The translations under genes and the position numbers were made by a program. 64,000 bases of DNA. It comes from Methanotrichaceae archaeon. GTDB lineage: Archaea; Halobacteriota; Methanosarcinia; Methanotrichales; Methanotrichaceae. Each line of letters opens with the position of its first letter. Positions within the stretch are counted from its first letter, which is position 1. The notes below the pieces were generated by a model. The model did no database searches. It saw only the letters and a list, made by a program, of their open reading frames with translations, and was not told the DNA's origin. The stretch spans positions 145,237 to 209,236 of the forward strand of contig CAWEXU010000013.1 in NCBI GenBank assembly GCA_963813075.1, in the 5' to 3' direction. This document shows positions 1 to 9,285 of this stretch, piece by piece.

Positions 1-520
1 GCAGATAGCAAAAGAAAAGATCCAGTACGCTGAAACAGCAAGAAAAAGGAATAGAAGAGCGCTCCGATCTGGGTAAAGAGTCGATACGAGCCGCTAGAAT
101 TTAATAAGCAAGATAGATTCCACTAAGAAAAGTACATGCAAAAAATTGCAAAGATTATACCGTTATTGATTGCCTGCGGAAAAGCCAAGCTACCAGGATA
201 TGAGTCTGTAGACCCAGTTGCTTAGCAGCGTCCAGACCCTGACATAACCAGACCCTTTTTCCAGCTTCTGCTTGTCCTTTTCAGAATATCTAACCCTATC
301 CTTCATCCACGAGTCCATGGTAAGCTCTCACTTCTCTTTTGAATATAACAATATCGGTCTGCATGATGCGATAGGTCAGATCGATTGCGTATTGAATTGG
401 GGATGGGATCGGATTGAGGGCGCTGATCATTGAGCGAATTGGATAAGATTATTAAGCAATTTACAGGAATGTACCTTCCGATATGGATATAAAAAGCTAA
501 TGCCAGATAAAGGTAATATA

Positions 521-604
521 GCATAAGCGCGAAGATGTTGGCATAAGCATTGAGCGGCAGCGAGCAGCAATTGAGCAGAAGCATTAAGCAGAAGATTGAG
601 CAGG
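521..604 (+). repeat. Degenerate short direct repeats (GCATAAGC x2; ATT(G/A)AGC(A/G)G x4) upstream of RHH regulator
   Basis: gcataagc..gcataagc attgagcggcagc..attgagcagaagc attaagcagaag attgagcagg read directly. Confidence 0.6.
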
Positions 605-622
605 AAAATACCAGAGGATGAA

Positions 623-1171
623 ATGAAGTCGCCGGAAAGGATCACCATAGCACTGGACGAAGAGACCGCAGGCCTGTTCAAGAAGATGAAAGAGGACTCG
701 AACATGTCCCAGAGCGAGCTGATGCGCGAATCCCTTAAGTTCTTTGGCAAGCATAAGATGCTCTTTGAGTACTCAGAGGACAACAAGGTCTACACCCATG
801 CCGAGATGCTCGCTGCCGGGGAGCATGTCATCCTTGATATCGACCACTGGATAATGTTTCTCAGCTTCATCGAGACTCACCCGGAGAAAGAGAAGTTCTG
901 GAGCCTGCATAAAGAGGTCAGCCGGGCTCATGCCGAGCAGTTCAAGCATAAGCTCTTCAATGCCGAGACCATCCTCCGCCGGCTGGAGATCTGCAACCTC
1001 TTCACCATGAATAAGACCGGCAAGAACGAGTTCACTCTGATCTTCGGATCGGATGCCCCCAAGAAGTTCGTGCTCAAAGAATTAGAGGAGATCTTCGCGG
1101 GAATGGGCTTTTTAGTGGAGATCAAAGAGGACTTCTCCAAGCTCAGAATAAAGGTAATTCACGATCTATAA
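623..1171 (+). CDS. Ribbon-helix-helix (CopG-like) transcriptional regulator with C-terminal domain
   Basis: N-terminal RITIALDEET...MSQSELMRESL is RHH-like; ATG at 623 preferred to TTG at 596. Confidence 0.75.
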   Translation: MKSPERITIALDEETAGLFKKMKEDSNMSQSELMRESLKFFGKHKMLFEYSEDNKVYTHAEMLAAGEHVILDIDHWIMFLSFIETHPEKEKFWSLHKEVSRAHAEQFKHKLFNAETILRRLEICNLFTMNKTGKNEFTLIFGSDAPKKFVLKELEEIFAGMGFLVEIKEDFSKLRIKVIHDL

Positions 1172-1210
1172 GAAAAATTAATCCCCTAGAAGGATCATAC
1201 CGCCGAAAAG

Positions 1211-1714
1211 ATGAACGACGTTGCCCCTTCCCAGGATCTCATCTCCCTGGCAGAGGATTTCATTGCCGTAAAGCAGGAAGAGATGAGCCGGGATCTGGCG
1301 GAAAAATATCTGCTATCCTCAGACGAGGTCTCGGAGATAGTATCTTCATTTCTCGATGATTCTTATGGGTCGGCCATGGCCCGGGCAGAGGAGATTGCGA
1401 AGAGAGAGGGTTTGGTGCTGCTATTTATCGGCAGAAAGGATTGCAGCATCTGCCAGAGATGTCTTCCGGTTTTAGAGGATTTTGTAGCTGAGCACAAAGA
1501 TCTGGAGCCGGTAATCCTCGACTACTCCCGGCCGGAGGGACTGCTTTATCATCTGATCCATAGAGCAAAGCAAGGGATGCTGCCATTAATTGCCTTTATC
1601 TTTCGCGGTAAGATCATGATGAAGACCTGTGGCGAGTGCGCCACGATCCACGTTTATGAAGAGTATTATCGCGACATGGATCAGGAGTGCAGGCAAAATT
1701 TATATGTCCACTGA
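1211..1714 (+). CDS. Thioredoxin-fold protein
   Basis: CSIC CxxC motif after a hydrophobic strand, cis-Pro-like MLP motif. Confidence 0.7.
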   Translation: MNDVAPSQDLISLAEDFIAVKQEEMSRDLAEKYLLSSDEVSEIVSSFLDDSYGSAMARAEEIAKREGLVLLFIGRKDCSICQRCLPVLEDFVAEHKDLEPVILDYSRPEGLLYHLIHRAKQGMLPLIAFIFRGKIMMKTCGECATIHVYEEYYRDMDQECRQNLYVH

Positions 1715-1741
1715 AGTCGCACCGGAGAGGCGAGGAAGAAA

Positions 1742-2407
1742 ATGACCATAATTGTGCTCAATTTCAAGACCTACCGAGAGTCTACAGGCCCCGAGGCTCT
1801 GCGCCTGGCCGAGATCTGCGAGGATATCGCTAAAGACTATTCTGTGCAGATGATCGTGGCACCCCAAACGGCAGACATCCATGCTATATCTCAGGAGGTT
1901 AAAATTCCGGTCTACGCCCAGCATGTTGATGGCGTCGGCTATGGCGGCTTTACCGGACACGTGACCGCAGCTGCCTTAAAGGCCGCGGGCGCGGCGGGTT
2001 CGCTCATTAACCACTCGGAGAGAAGGATCAAGCTGGCCGATATGGAGGCCTCCCTTTCCGCCTGCCGGGATTTCAGCCTCAAGAGCATCATCTGCACCAA
2101 CAATGTGGCCACCACCAGGGCGGCGGCAGCTCTTGAACCCGACTATGTGGCAGTGGAGCCTCCAGAGCTGATAGGTAGCGGAATTCCCGTATCCAAGGCC
2201 AATCCCAGCGTGGTTAGCGATTCGGTAACCGCTGTCAAGAAGATCGCCCCGGGAGTGGGGGTCCTGTGCGGCGCGGGGATAACCCATGGCGAGGACCTGA
2301 GAAGCGCTCTGGAGCTGGGATCGGAGGGGGTCTTGCTGGCATCGGGAATTATAAAAGCCAAGGATCAGCGTCAGGCTTTAGAAGATCTGGTGACTGGGGC
2401 AAAATAG
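1742..2407 (+). CDS. tpiA: Triosephosphate isomerase (archaeal type)
   Basis: LNFKTY, INHSE, AVEPPELIG, GAGI, LLASG motifs. Confidence 0.97.
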   Translation: MTIIVLNFKTYRESTGPEALRLAEICEDIAKDYSVQMIVAPQTADIHAISQEVKIPVYAQHVDGVGYGGFTGHVTAAALKAAGAAGSLINHSERRIKLADMEASLSACRDFSLKSIICTNNVATTRAAAALEPDYVAVEPPELIGSGIPVSKANPSVVSDSVTAVKKIAPGVGVLCGAGITHGEDLRSALELGSEGVLLASGIIKAKDQRQALEDLVTGAK

Positions 2408-2677
2408 ATGATGTCGGTGCACGTCAGGGTCTCTGGCCGGGTGCAGGGTGTATATTATCGCGCCTATACTCGCGACCGGGCCAAATCCCTGGGAGTCAAT
2501 GGATGGGTGCAAAATATTCCCGGGGGGGGAGTGGAGGCGGTGCTGGAGGGAGAAAGACGACAGGTGGGCGAACTGCTCCGAGCCATGAAGTCCGGGCCTT
2601 CCGGTTCTGTGGTCCTGGGAATGGAGCTCTCGGAGATCGAGGTCAAAGGCTATAATGACTTTGAAATAAAATATTAA
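2408..2677 (+). CDS. acyP: Acylphosphatase
   Basis: GRVQGVYYR and GWVQN signature, 89 aa. Confidence 0.93.
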   Translation: MMSVHVRVSGRVQGVYYRAYTRDRAKSLGVNGWVQNIPGGGVEAVLEGERRQVGELLRAMKSGPSGSVVLGMELSEIEVKGYNDFEIKY

Positions 2678-2693
2678 AAATGGATGTGATTTA

Positions 2694-2864
2694 TTGCTTA
2701 CCGTCAACAGATACAAGTGCTGCTACTGTGGTGCCTGCGTCAGCGTCTGCCCGACATGCGCCCTGGAGCTGGTGGAGACCTGGCTGGAGATTTCCGCAGA
2801 CTGCAAAGAGTGCGGCATCTGCACCAAGATATGTCCGGTGGGTGCGCTAGAGGTCGAGGCATGA
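2694..2864 (+). CDS. 2[4Fe-4S] ferredoxin (56 aa; absent from ORF track)
   Basis: Manual translation from TTG: MLTVNRYKCCYCGACVSVCPTCALELVETWLEISADCKECGICTKICPVGALEVEA*; two CxxCxxCxxxCP motifs; ATGA overlap with next gene. Confidence 0.92.
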   Translation: MLTVNRYKCCYCGACVSVCPTCALELVETWLEISADCKECGICTKICPVGALEVEA

Positions 2865-4036
2865 AATGTGATGTGATTGTAGTGGGAGCGGGGCCGGGCG
2901 GCTCTATGGCCGCGAAGAAGGCGGCAGAATCCGGCCTGAATGTGGTGATGCTGGAAAAGCGCCAGGAGATCGGCGATCCGGTACGCTGCGCTGAAGGAGT
3001 GGGCAAGAGGTCATTATGCAGTATGGTCAAGCCAGAGCCGGAGTGGATTGCCGCTGAGGTGAAGGGCGCTATGATCTATTCTCCGGACGGAAGCAGCATA
3101 GTCATGTCCGAGGACAGGAGCGGCAGCGAGGTGGGCTACGTTCTGGAGAGAAAGGTCTTCGACCGGGGCCTGGCCATGCAGGCCGCTCGCGCCGGGGCCA
3201 GGGTTATGGTCAAGACCCGAGCCACCGGCCTGTTGATGAATGATGGCGTTCCTTATGGCGTTAATGCCATGCAGGTGGGCGAGCCCCTGCGGATCGAGGC
3301 CCCGATCATCATCGGTGCGGATGGAGTGGAGTCCAAGGTGGGCCGGTGGGCGGGAATCGACACCACACTCAACCTGAAGGACATCGAGTCCTGCGCCCAG
3401 TTCCTGGTTTCGGATCCGGGGATCGACCAGGACTATACCAAATTTTACTTAGGAAACAGCATTGCACCTTCAGGCTACGCCTGGTCCTTTCCCAAGGGGG
3501 AGAAGCTGGCCAATATCGGCCTGGGTGTGCTGGGAAGCCGGTGCAAGCCCGGTGAAGCCATCCGCCTGCTGCGGGAGTTCACCAAAAAGCACTTTCCCAA
3601 TGGCAAGATAGTGGAGATGGTGGTGGGCGGGGACCCCTGCTCCGGGCCCATCGAATCAACCACTGCTGATGGGGTGATGCTGGTGGGAGACGCTGCCCGC
3701 CAGACCGATCCATTGACCGGGGGAGGGATTCTCAATGCCATGGAGGCTGGGGTCATCGCCGCAGAGGTGGCAGCAAAAGCTATCGCCGCCGGCAACATCA
3801 GAAAAGAGGGGCTAAAGGAGTATGAGGACCGCTGGCGGGAGGGCATAGGCAGGCACCTGGCTCGCAGTCTGGAGTTCAAGGAGTTCTTTGTGAAGCTGAC
3901 CGACAAAGATCTCAATATGCTGATCGGCTCCCTGGCAAAGGAGGACATATCCAAGATGGACCTGCAAGGCCTCTTGCGAGTGCTCTTCCGGTTGAATCCC
4001 AAGCTCCTCTGGGAGCTGCGCCACCTGATCACATAA
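2861..4036 (+). CDS. Digeranylgeranylglycerophospholipid (geranylgeranyl) reductase
   Basis: GAGPGGS FAD motif, PVRCAEG, GYAWSFPK, LVGDAA...GGGI; true start is ATG 2861 (MKCDVIVVG). Confidence 0.9.
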   Translation: MKCDVIVVGAGPGGSMAAKKAAESGLNVVMLEKRQEIGDPVRCAEGVGKRSLCSMVKPEPEWIAAEVKGAMIYSPDGSSIVMSEDRSGSEVGYVLERKVFDRGLAMQAARAGARVMVKTRATGLLMNDGVPYGVNAMQVGEPLRIEAPIIIGADGVESKVGRWAGIDTTLNLKDIESCAQFLVSDPGIDQDYTKFYLGNSIAPSGYAWSFPKGEKLANIGLGVLGSRCKPGEAIRLLREFTKKHFPNGKIVEMVVGGDPCSGPIESTTADGVMLVGDAARQTDPLTGGGILNAMEAGVIAAEVAAKAIAAGNIRKEGLKEYEDRWREGIGRHLARSLEFKEFFVKLTDKDLNMLIGSLAKEDISKMDLQGLLRVLFRLNPKLLWELRHLIT

Positions 4037-4074
4037 TCTGGATTCGGAGTCCGGCTTTCAGGTCCGGCTTTGGC

Positions 4075-4623
4075 CTATTCCAGGGTGGAGGTGCCATCTG
4101 CTTTCTTTGGCAGCCTCTCCAGGTCAAAGCCGATCTTCACCTTCTCTTTATCTGCATCCAGCGTCACCACACCCATGTGGAAAATGTAGCGCATGGTCCT
4201 GCGGCCATCGGGGATGCGCAATTTATGCTCCCGGCGGAGGATCATGGCGCTGGCAGTCTGCAGTGCCGGGCCGCTCTGCAAAAACAGCAGACCAGGAAGG
4301 TTGAGCCGCTGGTGGCTGGTCGTGGGATATCTCTCATCCATCAACTCGGCCAGCTCTTCGCGACGAATCTCGACCACTGTATCTTTGTTCTGGACACGAA
4401 TGAGGTTTTCGTGAGCATGCACCTCATCGATATGAGAATGAAGGGCACAGAGCACATAGCTCTCCCCAAGCCCCTTGTTTTCCGGCGGCAGAAGTGCTTC
4501 CAGCTTATGCATAAATGGCTTGAGAAGAGGACTGGCGCCGGAAAAAAGTGCACCCGGCAGGTTTTTGACCTCTGTCTTCGTCAGCTCATTGAGATCTCTT
4601 TTGCTAATCTCGATGGCTATCAT
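4075..4623 (-). CDS. Hypothetical protein
   Basis: 182-aa ORF with protein-like composition, fills the gap; no recognised motif. Confidence 0.7.
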   Translation of the reverse strand: MIAIEISKRDLNELTKTEVKNLPGALFSGASPLLKPFMHKLEALLPPENKGLGESYVLCALHSHIDEVHAHENLIRVQNKDTVVEIRREELAELMDERYPTTSHQRLNLPGLLFLQSGPALQTASAMILRREHKLRIPDGRRTMRYIFHMGVVTLDADKEKVKIGFDLERLPKKADGTSTLE

Positions 4624-5000
4624 AGTGGACGAAATCCTCTCACGAGATATATCTATGTCGGTATATCTATGTCAATCGAGTAAATTATGATTATAAATAA
4701 AATTTCAAACTTATACTAAATTATTCTCCCTAAATTAATTATTTAACTCCATTTTGTAGTTCCTTTTGCAAAATGGCATAAAAAGGGCGTTAATCCAAGG
4801 AGGCTTTTAACTCTGCCAAAAAATTTTGGTAATTATAAATTCTTAATCTATCCTATTTTATCCTCAATAATCACCTAAATGCTAATATCAACTGCTTTTT
4901 GACTTATTATCTAAAGTATTAGTCTAAATTAGAAAAATTAAAAGACCAAGCCTTTCAAAACAAATTATTTATATCATTAAGTATTAGTGACAAGAAAAAT

Positions 5001-5390
5001 ATGGTGACGATTATGAGAGAGTCGACAGTAAAGATCCTGGATGACAAGGACATGGAATTCGTGGAGACGCTCCGCTCCCTGGGAGTGCCCCGCAATGTAG
5101 CAACCCTTATCACATTTCTGGCCAATGTGGATGAGGCCTCCTCAAGGGAGATCGAAATGGGCTCCGACCTCAGGCAGCCTGAGGTGAGCATTGCCATGAG
5201 AACCCTGCGCGATAACAACTGGATAGAGGAGAAGGAGATCAAACGCGAGGGCAAAGGAAGACCGATGAAGGTCTACTCATTGAAAGCGGGCATTGATGAG
5301 GTCATAAAGCATTTCGAGGAAGAGAAGCTGCACGAGTCCGCTCAGGCCATGGAGAGCATCCAGAGGCTCAAGCAGCTCATATCAACCTAA
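5001..5390 (+). CDS. Winged-helix transcriptional regulator (ArsR/TrmB-like)
   Basis: SSREIE...LRQPEVSIAMRTL...GKGRPMKVY. Confidence 0.85.
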   Translation: MVTIMRESTVKILDDKDMEFVETLRSLGVPRNVATLITFLANVDEASSREIEMGSDLRQPEVSIAMRTLRDNNWIEEKEIKREGKGRPMKVYSLKAGIDEVIKHFEEEKLHESAQAMESIQRLKQLIST

Positions 5391-5426
5391 AACATCCGGG
5401 GTCTATTGATCGATGGGATGAGGCTT

Positions 5427-5687
5427 TCAGATCCGGATCTTGCCGGCAGGAGATGAAAGCACCTCAACCTCTATTTTTGCTGCTATTCCTCGACCAAGTG
5501 AGATCTTCGATCCATTAAGCTCGATTACCACCGGACCACCAAAGGGATGGCAGGCTATTTTGCGTACACGGCTACCTCTTCTTATCCCCATGGATTCAAA
5601 CCTCCTCTCCCAGCCGTACTCGCCGTTCACGGAATGAATCTCCAGGGTCTGGTTGCAGGGAGCCTTTGAGAGCTCTATGTATCTCAT
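5427..5687 (-). CDS. feoA: FeoA family protein
   Basis: RRFESMGIRRG...PFGGPVVIEL..SKISLGRGIA. Confidence 0.88.
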   Translation of the reverse strand: MRYIELSKAPCNQTLEIHSVNGEYGWERRFESMGIRRGSRVRKIACHPFGGPVVIELNGSKISLGRGIAAKIEVEVLSSPAGKIRI

Positions 5688-5779
5688 CTCCGCTCATTCA
5701 CCTCGTCGGCTTCATCTCCAGAACACTGGATAAATCTTGCGCAGCAATCATCCAAAAGCCAATCCCACATTATCTTCAT

Positions 5780-6592
5780 TCATACCCGCACATTCACCCC
5801 ATTCTCTTTCAGATACTTTTTCACACTGGTGACGGTGCATTCCTGGAAGTGAAATATGCTGGCCGCGAGAGCTGCAGAGGCATCGGTCTCTTCGAATACC
5901 TGCAGCATATGCTCGGCACTTGCGCATCCTCCCGAGGCGATCACTGGAACCCTGACCATTTTCGCCACGGTTTCGGTGAGGGGGATGTCAAACCCCAGCT
6001 TTGTGCCATCTCTGTCCATGCTGGTAAGAAGAATCTCTCCTGCGCCAAGGGAGACTGCTTTTTCCGCCCAGGCGATGGCGTCAACTCCGGTGAACTTTCT
6101 GCCGCCGTAATAGGAGCATTCAAACCAGCAAGGCCCGTTTTCGGTCTCGACCATATTCCGGCCGTCCTCCTGGGAATATCGCCTCTTGGCATCGATAGCC
6201 AGAACCACGGCCTGATTTCCGTATCTATCAGCGATCTCGCTTATGAGGTCCGGTCGCTTGAGGGCGGAGGTGTTTACGGTGACCTTATCCGCACCGGCGT
6301 TGAATGCCTCTCTTGCCTGCTCCAGGCTGCTTATTCCCCCGCCAACGGCCAGTGGCACGAAGACCGAGAGCGAGGTCTTCTTTATGACACTGGTCATGGT
6401 CTCTCGCCGGTCAGATGAGGCGGTGATATCCAAAAAGACGATCTCATCCGCTCCATCCTGGTAGTACTGGCCGGCCAGCTCCCAGGGGACACCAGCATAT
6501 CTGATCTGCTTGAACTCAATTCCCTTGACCACTCGGCCACCGGGGACTCCCAGGTCGCAGTCCAGGCAGGGGATGATCCTTCTGGCTAGCAT
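5780..6592 (-). CDS. hisF: Imidazole glycerol phosphate synthase cyclase subunit
   Basis: [41 protein letters not shown]. Confidence 0.97.
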   Translation of the reverse strand: MLARRIIPCLDCDLGVPGGRVVKGIEFKQIRYAGVPWELAGQYYQDGADEIVFLDITASSDRRETMTSVIKKTSLSVFVPLAVGGGISSLEQAREAFNAGADKVTVNTSALKRPDLISEIADRYGNQAVVLAIDAKRRYSQEDGRNMVETENGPCWFECSYYGGRKFTGVDAIAWAEKAVSLGAGEILLTSMDRDGTKLGFDIPLTETVAKMVRVPVIASGGCASAEHMLQVFEETDASAALAASIFHFQECTVTSVKKYLKENGVNVRV

Positions 6593-7191
6593 CTCGCAGA
6601 CCTCACGAAGTTCTCCAGGATTCTCAGGCCCTTTGGCCCTGATTTCTCCGGATGAAACTGGGTGGCAAAGAGGTTATCCTTATGGACTGCTGCTGTCAAT
6701 TCCACTCCGTGCTCTGTGGTGGCGGCGACTATCGATCGATCAATTGGCTGGCCATAGTAGGAGTGGACGAAGTAGAACATGTCCCCGTCGCTTATGCCAT
6801 CCAGAATTTCCACCGGGCGCTTGATGGAGAGGCTGTTCCAGCCCATCTGGGGGATCATTACCCCATCCGGCAGGCGTACAACCTTTCCCTCTATCCAGCC
6901 CAATCCCGGCGCGCCCGGACTCTCCTCGCTCTCCTGAAAGAGCACCTGCATGCCCACGCATATGCCCAGCATGGGCACTCCCTCCTCGAAGCATGATCGG
7001 AGTGAGGCCGAGAATCGGGAGAGCTGATTCATGCAACTGCCAAAGGCTCCCACCCCCGGGACAACAATGCCATTTGCGCCGGCCAACTCCTGTGGATCGC
7101 GGGCAATCTCAGGATTGCCGCCCACATATTCCAGGGCGTTGTATATGGAAAACAGGTTTCCCATTCCATAATCCACTATGACTATTCTCAT
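6586..7191 (-). CDS. hisH: Imidazole glycerol phosphate synthase glutaminase subunit
   Basis: DYGMGNL, PGVGAF, GICVGMQ, YFVHSY, QFHPEKS. Confidence 0.97.
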   Translation of the reverse strand: MRIVIVDYGMGNLFSIYNALEYVGGNPEIARDPQELAGANGIVVPGVGAFGSCMNQLSRFSASLRSCFEEGVPMLGICVGMQVLFQESEESPGAPGLGWIEGKVVRLPDGVMIPQMGWNSLSIKRPVEILDGISDGDMFYFVHSYYGQPIDRSIVAATTEHGVELTAAVHKDNLFATQFHPEKSGPKGLRILENFVRSARC

Positions 7192-7201
7192 CTATTTCGT
7201 C

Positions 7202-7260
7202 CTTCTTGTTATCGTTCTTCTCGCAATCGTCTTTCTTGCTATCGTTCTTCTTGATATAAT
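7202..7260. repeat. Four imperfect 15-bp tandem repeats directly upstream of hisH
   Basis: cttcttgttatcgtt / cttctcgcaatcgtc / tttcttgctatcgtt / cttcttgatataat. Confidence 0.75.
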
Positions 7261-7512
7261 GCAATTCCAGCCGCTATAAATATCTCTATTTGCGATCTCT
7301 TCATATCTTTTCATAACGCCCGTTCGCCCGCCGGAACATACCTTCCTGCGAAGCATCGATCCGGGCAGGGGGTGACGACGACGAACTTTAACTATAATTT
7401 TTTTAAGATTATTTCTGATTTTTTCACAATTACGCATTCATAAAACTTCATATCAGCTTTGATTCATCTCCTCAGCTCTTATTTCTTACATGTAATTTAT
7501 TTACAGCAAATG

Positions 7513-7585
7513 TTTAAATAGGCCGACAATTCAATTCCGCCCTTCTTTATCATTTATAAATTTGACCCATAATACTTAAATAGGC
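7513..7585 (+). promoter_or_regulatory. Tandem TATA-box-like elements upstream of gdhA
   Basis: TTAAATAGGC occurs at 7514-7523 and 7576-7585. Confidence 0.5.
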
Positions 7586-7656
7586 AACGATGGACATTTC
7601 CCTCCACCAGGTCACAAATAAAGATTTGGGTAGATGCTGAATGGAGATGCAATATA

Positions 7657-8904
7657 ATGTCCAAATCGAATCCCTTTGAAATAGCTCAAAAACAGCTTGA
7701 CGATTGTGCAAAGATCCTAAACCTCGATCCCGGGGTGCATGAGTTCCTCCGCCACCCCAGGCGAGAGTTCCACATATCGATTCCCGTGCGCATGGATGAT
7801 GGCAGCATGAAGATCTTCCAGGGCTACAGGGTTCAGTATAACGATGCACTGGGCCCCTGCAAGGGCGGCATAAGATACCATCCGGATGAGACCATCGATA
7901 CGGTCAGGGCTCTGGCCGCCTGGATGACCTGGAAGACCTCCCTTCTCGGCCTGCCCCTGGGCGGGGGCAAAGGGGGAGTGATCTGCAATCCCAAGGAGCT
8001 CTCTGCCGGGGAGCAGGAGAGGCTCTGCCGGGGCTATGTCGATATGGTCTGGCAGAACATCGGACCGGAGAGGGACGTTCCTGCGCCTGACGTATACACC
8101 ACCCCCCAGATGATGGCTTGGATGATGGATGAGTACTCAAAACTGACCGGCTCGAACAACTTCGGCTGCATCACCGGCAAGCCGCTATGCGTGGGCGGCT
8201 CCTGCGGCAGGAGCGATGCCACCGCCCGGGGAGGCATGTATGCTCTGAGGGAGGCGGCAAGGGAATTCAACATCGATCTCTCGAAAGCCACAGTAGCCAT
8301 TCAGGGATACGGAAATGCCGGCAGCTATGCTCACAGTCTGGCCAATGAGCTTTTCGGCAGCAAGGTGGTAGCGGTGAGCGACTCCAAAGGAGGAGTCTTC
8401 AATGCCGCTGGTATAGATGCCTGTGATGCAGTTGCCGTAAAAGTCCAGACCTCCACGGTGGCCAATATTCCAGGCGGCAAGAAGATCACCAACGAGGAGC
8501 TGCTGGAGCTGGATGTGGACATCCTCATCGCTGCCGCTCTGGAGAACGTGATCACCAAGGATAATGCCGGAAAGGTCAAGGCCAAGATCATTCTGGAGCT
8601 GGCCAATGGCCCCACCACACCCGAGGCGGATGAGATACTCTTCCAGAACAAAGTGCACGTCATACCCGACTTCCTGGCCAATGCCGGCGGAGTTACCGTC
8701 TCCTACTTCGAGATGGTGCAGAACATCATGCGCTACTGCTGGTCATTCGACGAGGTCTACCAGAGGCTGGACGAGAGGATGACCATGGCTTACCAGGGTG
8801 TCCTGGCTGCATCCAAGCAGTACAATATCAACATGCGCCAGGCAGCCTACACCGTGGCCGTGGCCAGGGTGGTAGATGCCATGAAGACCCGCGGCTGGGT
8901 TTAG
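7657..8904 (+). CDS. gdhA: Glutamate dehydrogenase
   Basis: GPCKGGIRYHP, GGGKGG, DVPAPDV, ITGKP, QGYGNAG, ELANGP, ANAGGVTVSYFE. Confidence 0.96.
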   Translation: MSKSNPFEIAQKQLDDCAKILNLDPGVHEFLRHPRREFHISIPVRMDDGSMKIFQGYRVQYNDALGPCKGGIRYHPDETIDTVRALAAWMTWKTSLLGLPLGGGKGGVICNPKELSAGEQERLCRGYVDMVWQNIGPERDVPAPDVYTTPQMMAWMMDEYSKLTGSNNFGCITGKPLCVGGSCGRSDATARGGMYALREAAREFNIDLSKATVAIQGYGNAGSYAHSLANELFGSKVVAVSDSKGGVFNAAGIDACDAVAVKVQTSTVANIPGGKKITNEELLELDVDILIAAALENVITKDNAGKVKAKIILELANGPTTPEADEILFQNKVHVIPDFLANAGGVTVSYFEMVQNIMRYCWSFDEVYQRLDERMTMAYQGVLAASKQYNINMRQAAYTVAVARVVDAMKTRGWV

Positions 8905-9285
8905 GAGAATAAAAATCTTCAACTGATTGGTATTGAGGTCTGAGGTCCATTGCACTTTGCCAGAATTGGCAGGAGCCCGAGTTCTGGTGAGGCGCACAGA
9001 TCTCATATCTTTCTATTTTGAGATTCAATCCCTTAACCTGCGTTGCTTTGGCAGCATGTTAGTGTCCCGATATGATGTAAAATAGTAGTAATAATCCTGG
9101 TGATGTATTGAATGCTGCTTTGATCGTGGCAGCATTCTGATCATTCTCCGGAATTATAATATGTTCTGTATCCATACTTGAATTGTTTCTACCACCCTTT
9201 TCCCCTTTCTTTTCTTAGTTGAATCAGTAGGATGCTATGGTCCGACTCCGTTCGGCGGTATTATGGGTAATGTGGATAAGTAGCA

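Noticed and set aside
1..320. Possible minus-strand membrane-protein fragment with TAG interruptions
   Set aside because: Frames are short with TAA stops as well; no recognisable family; window edge
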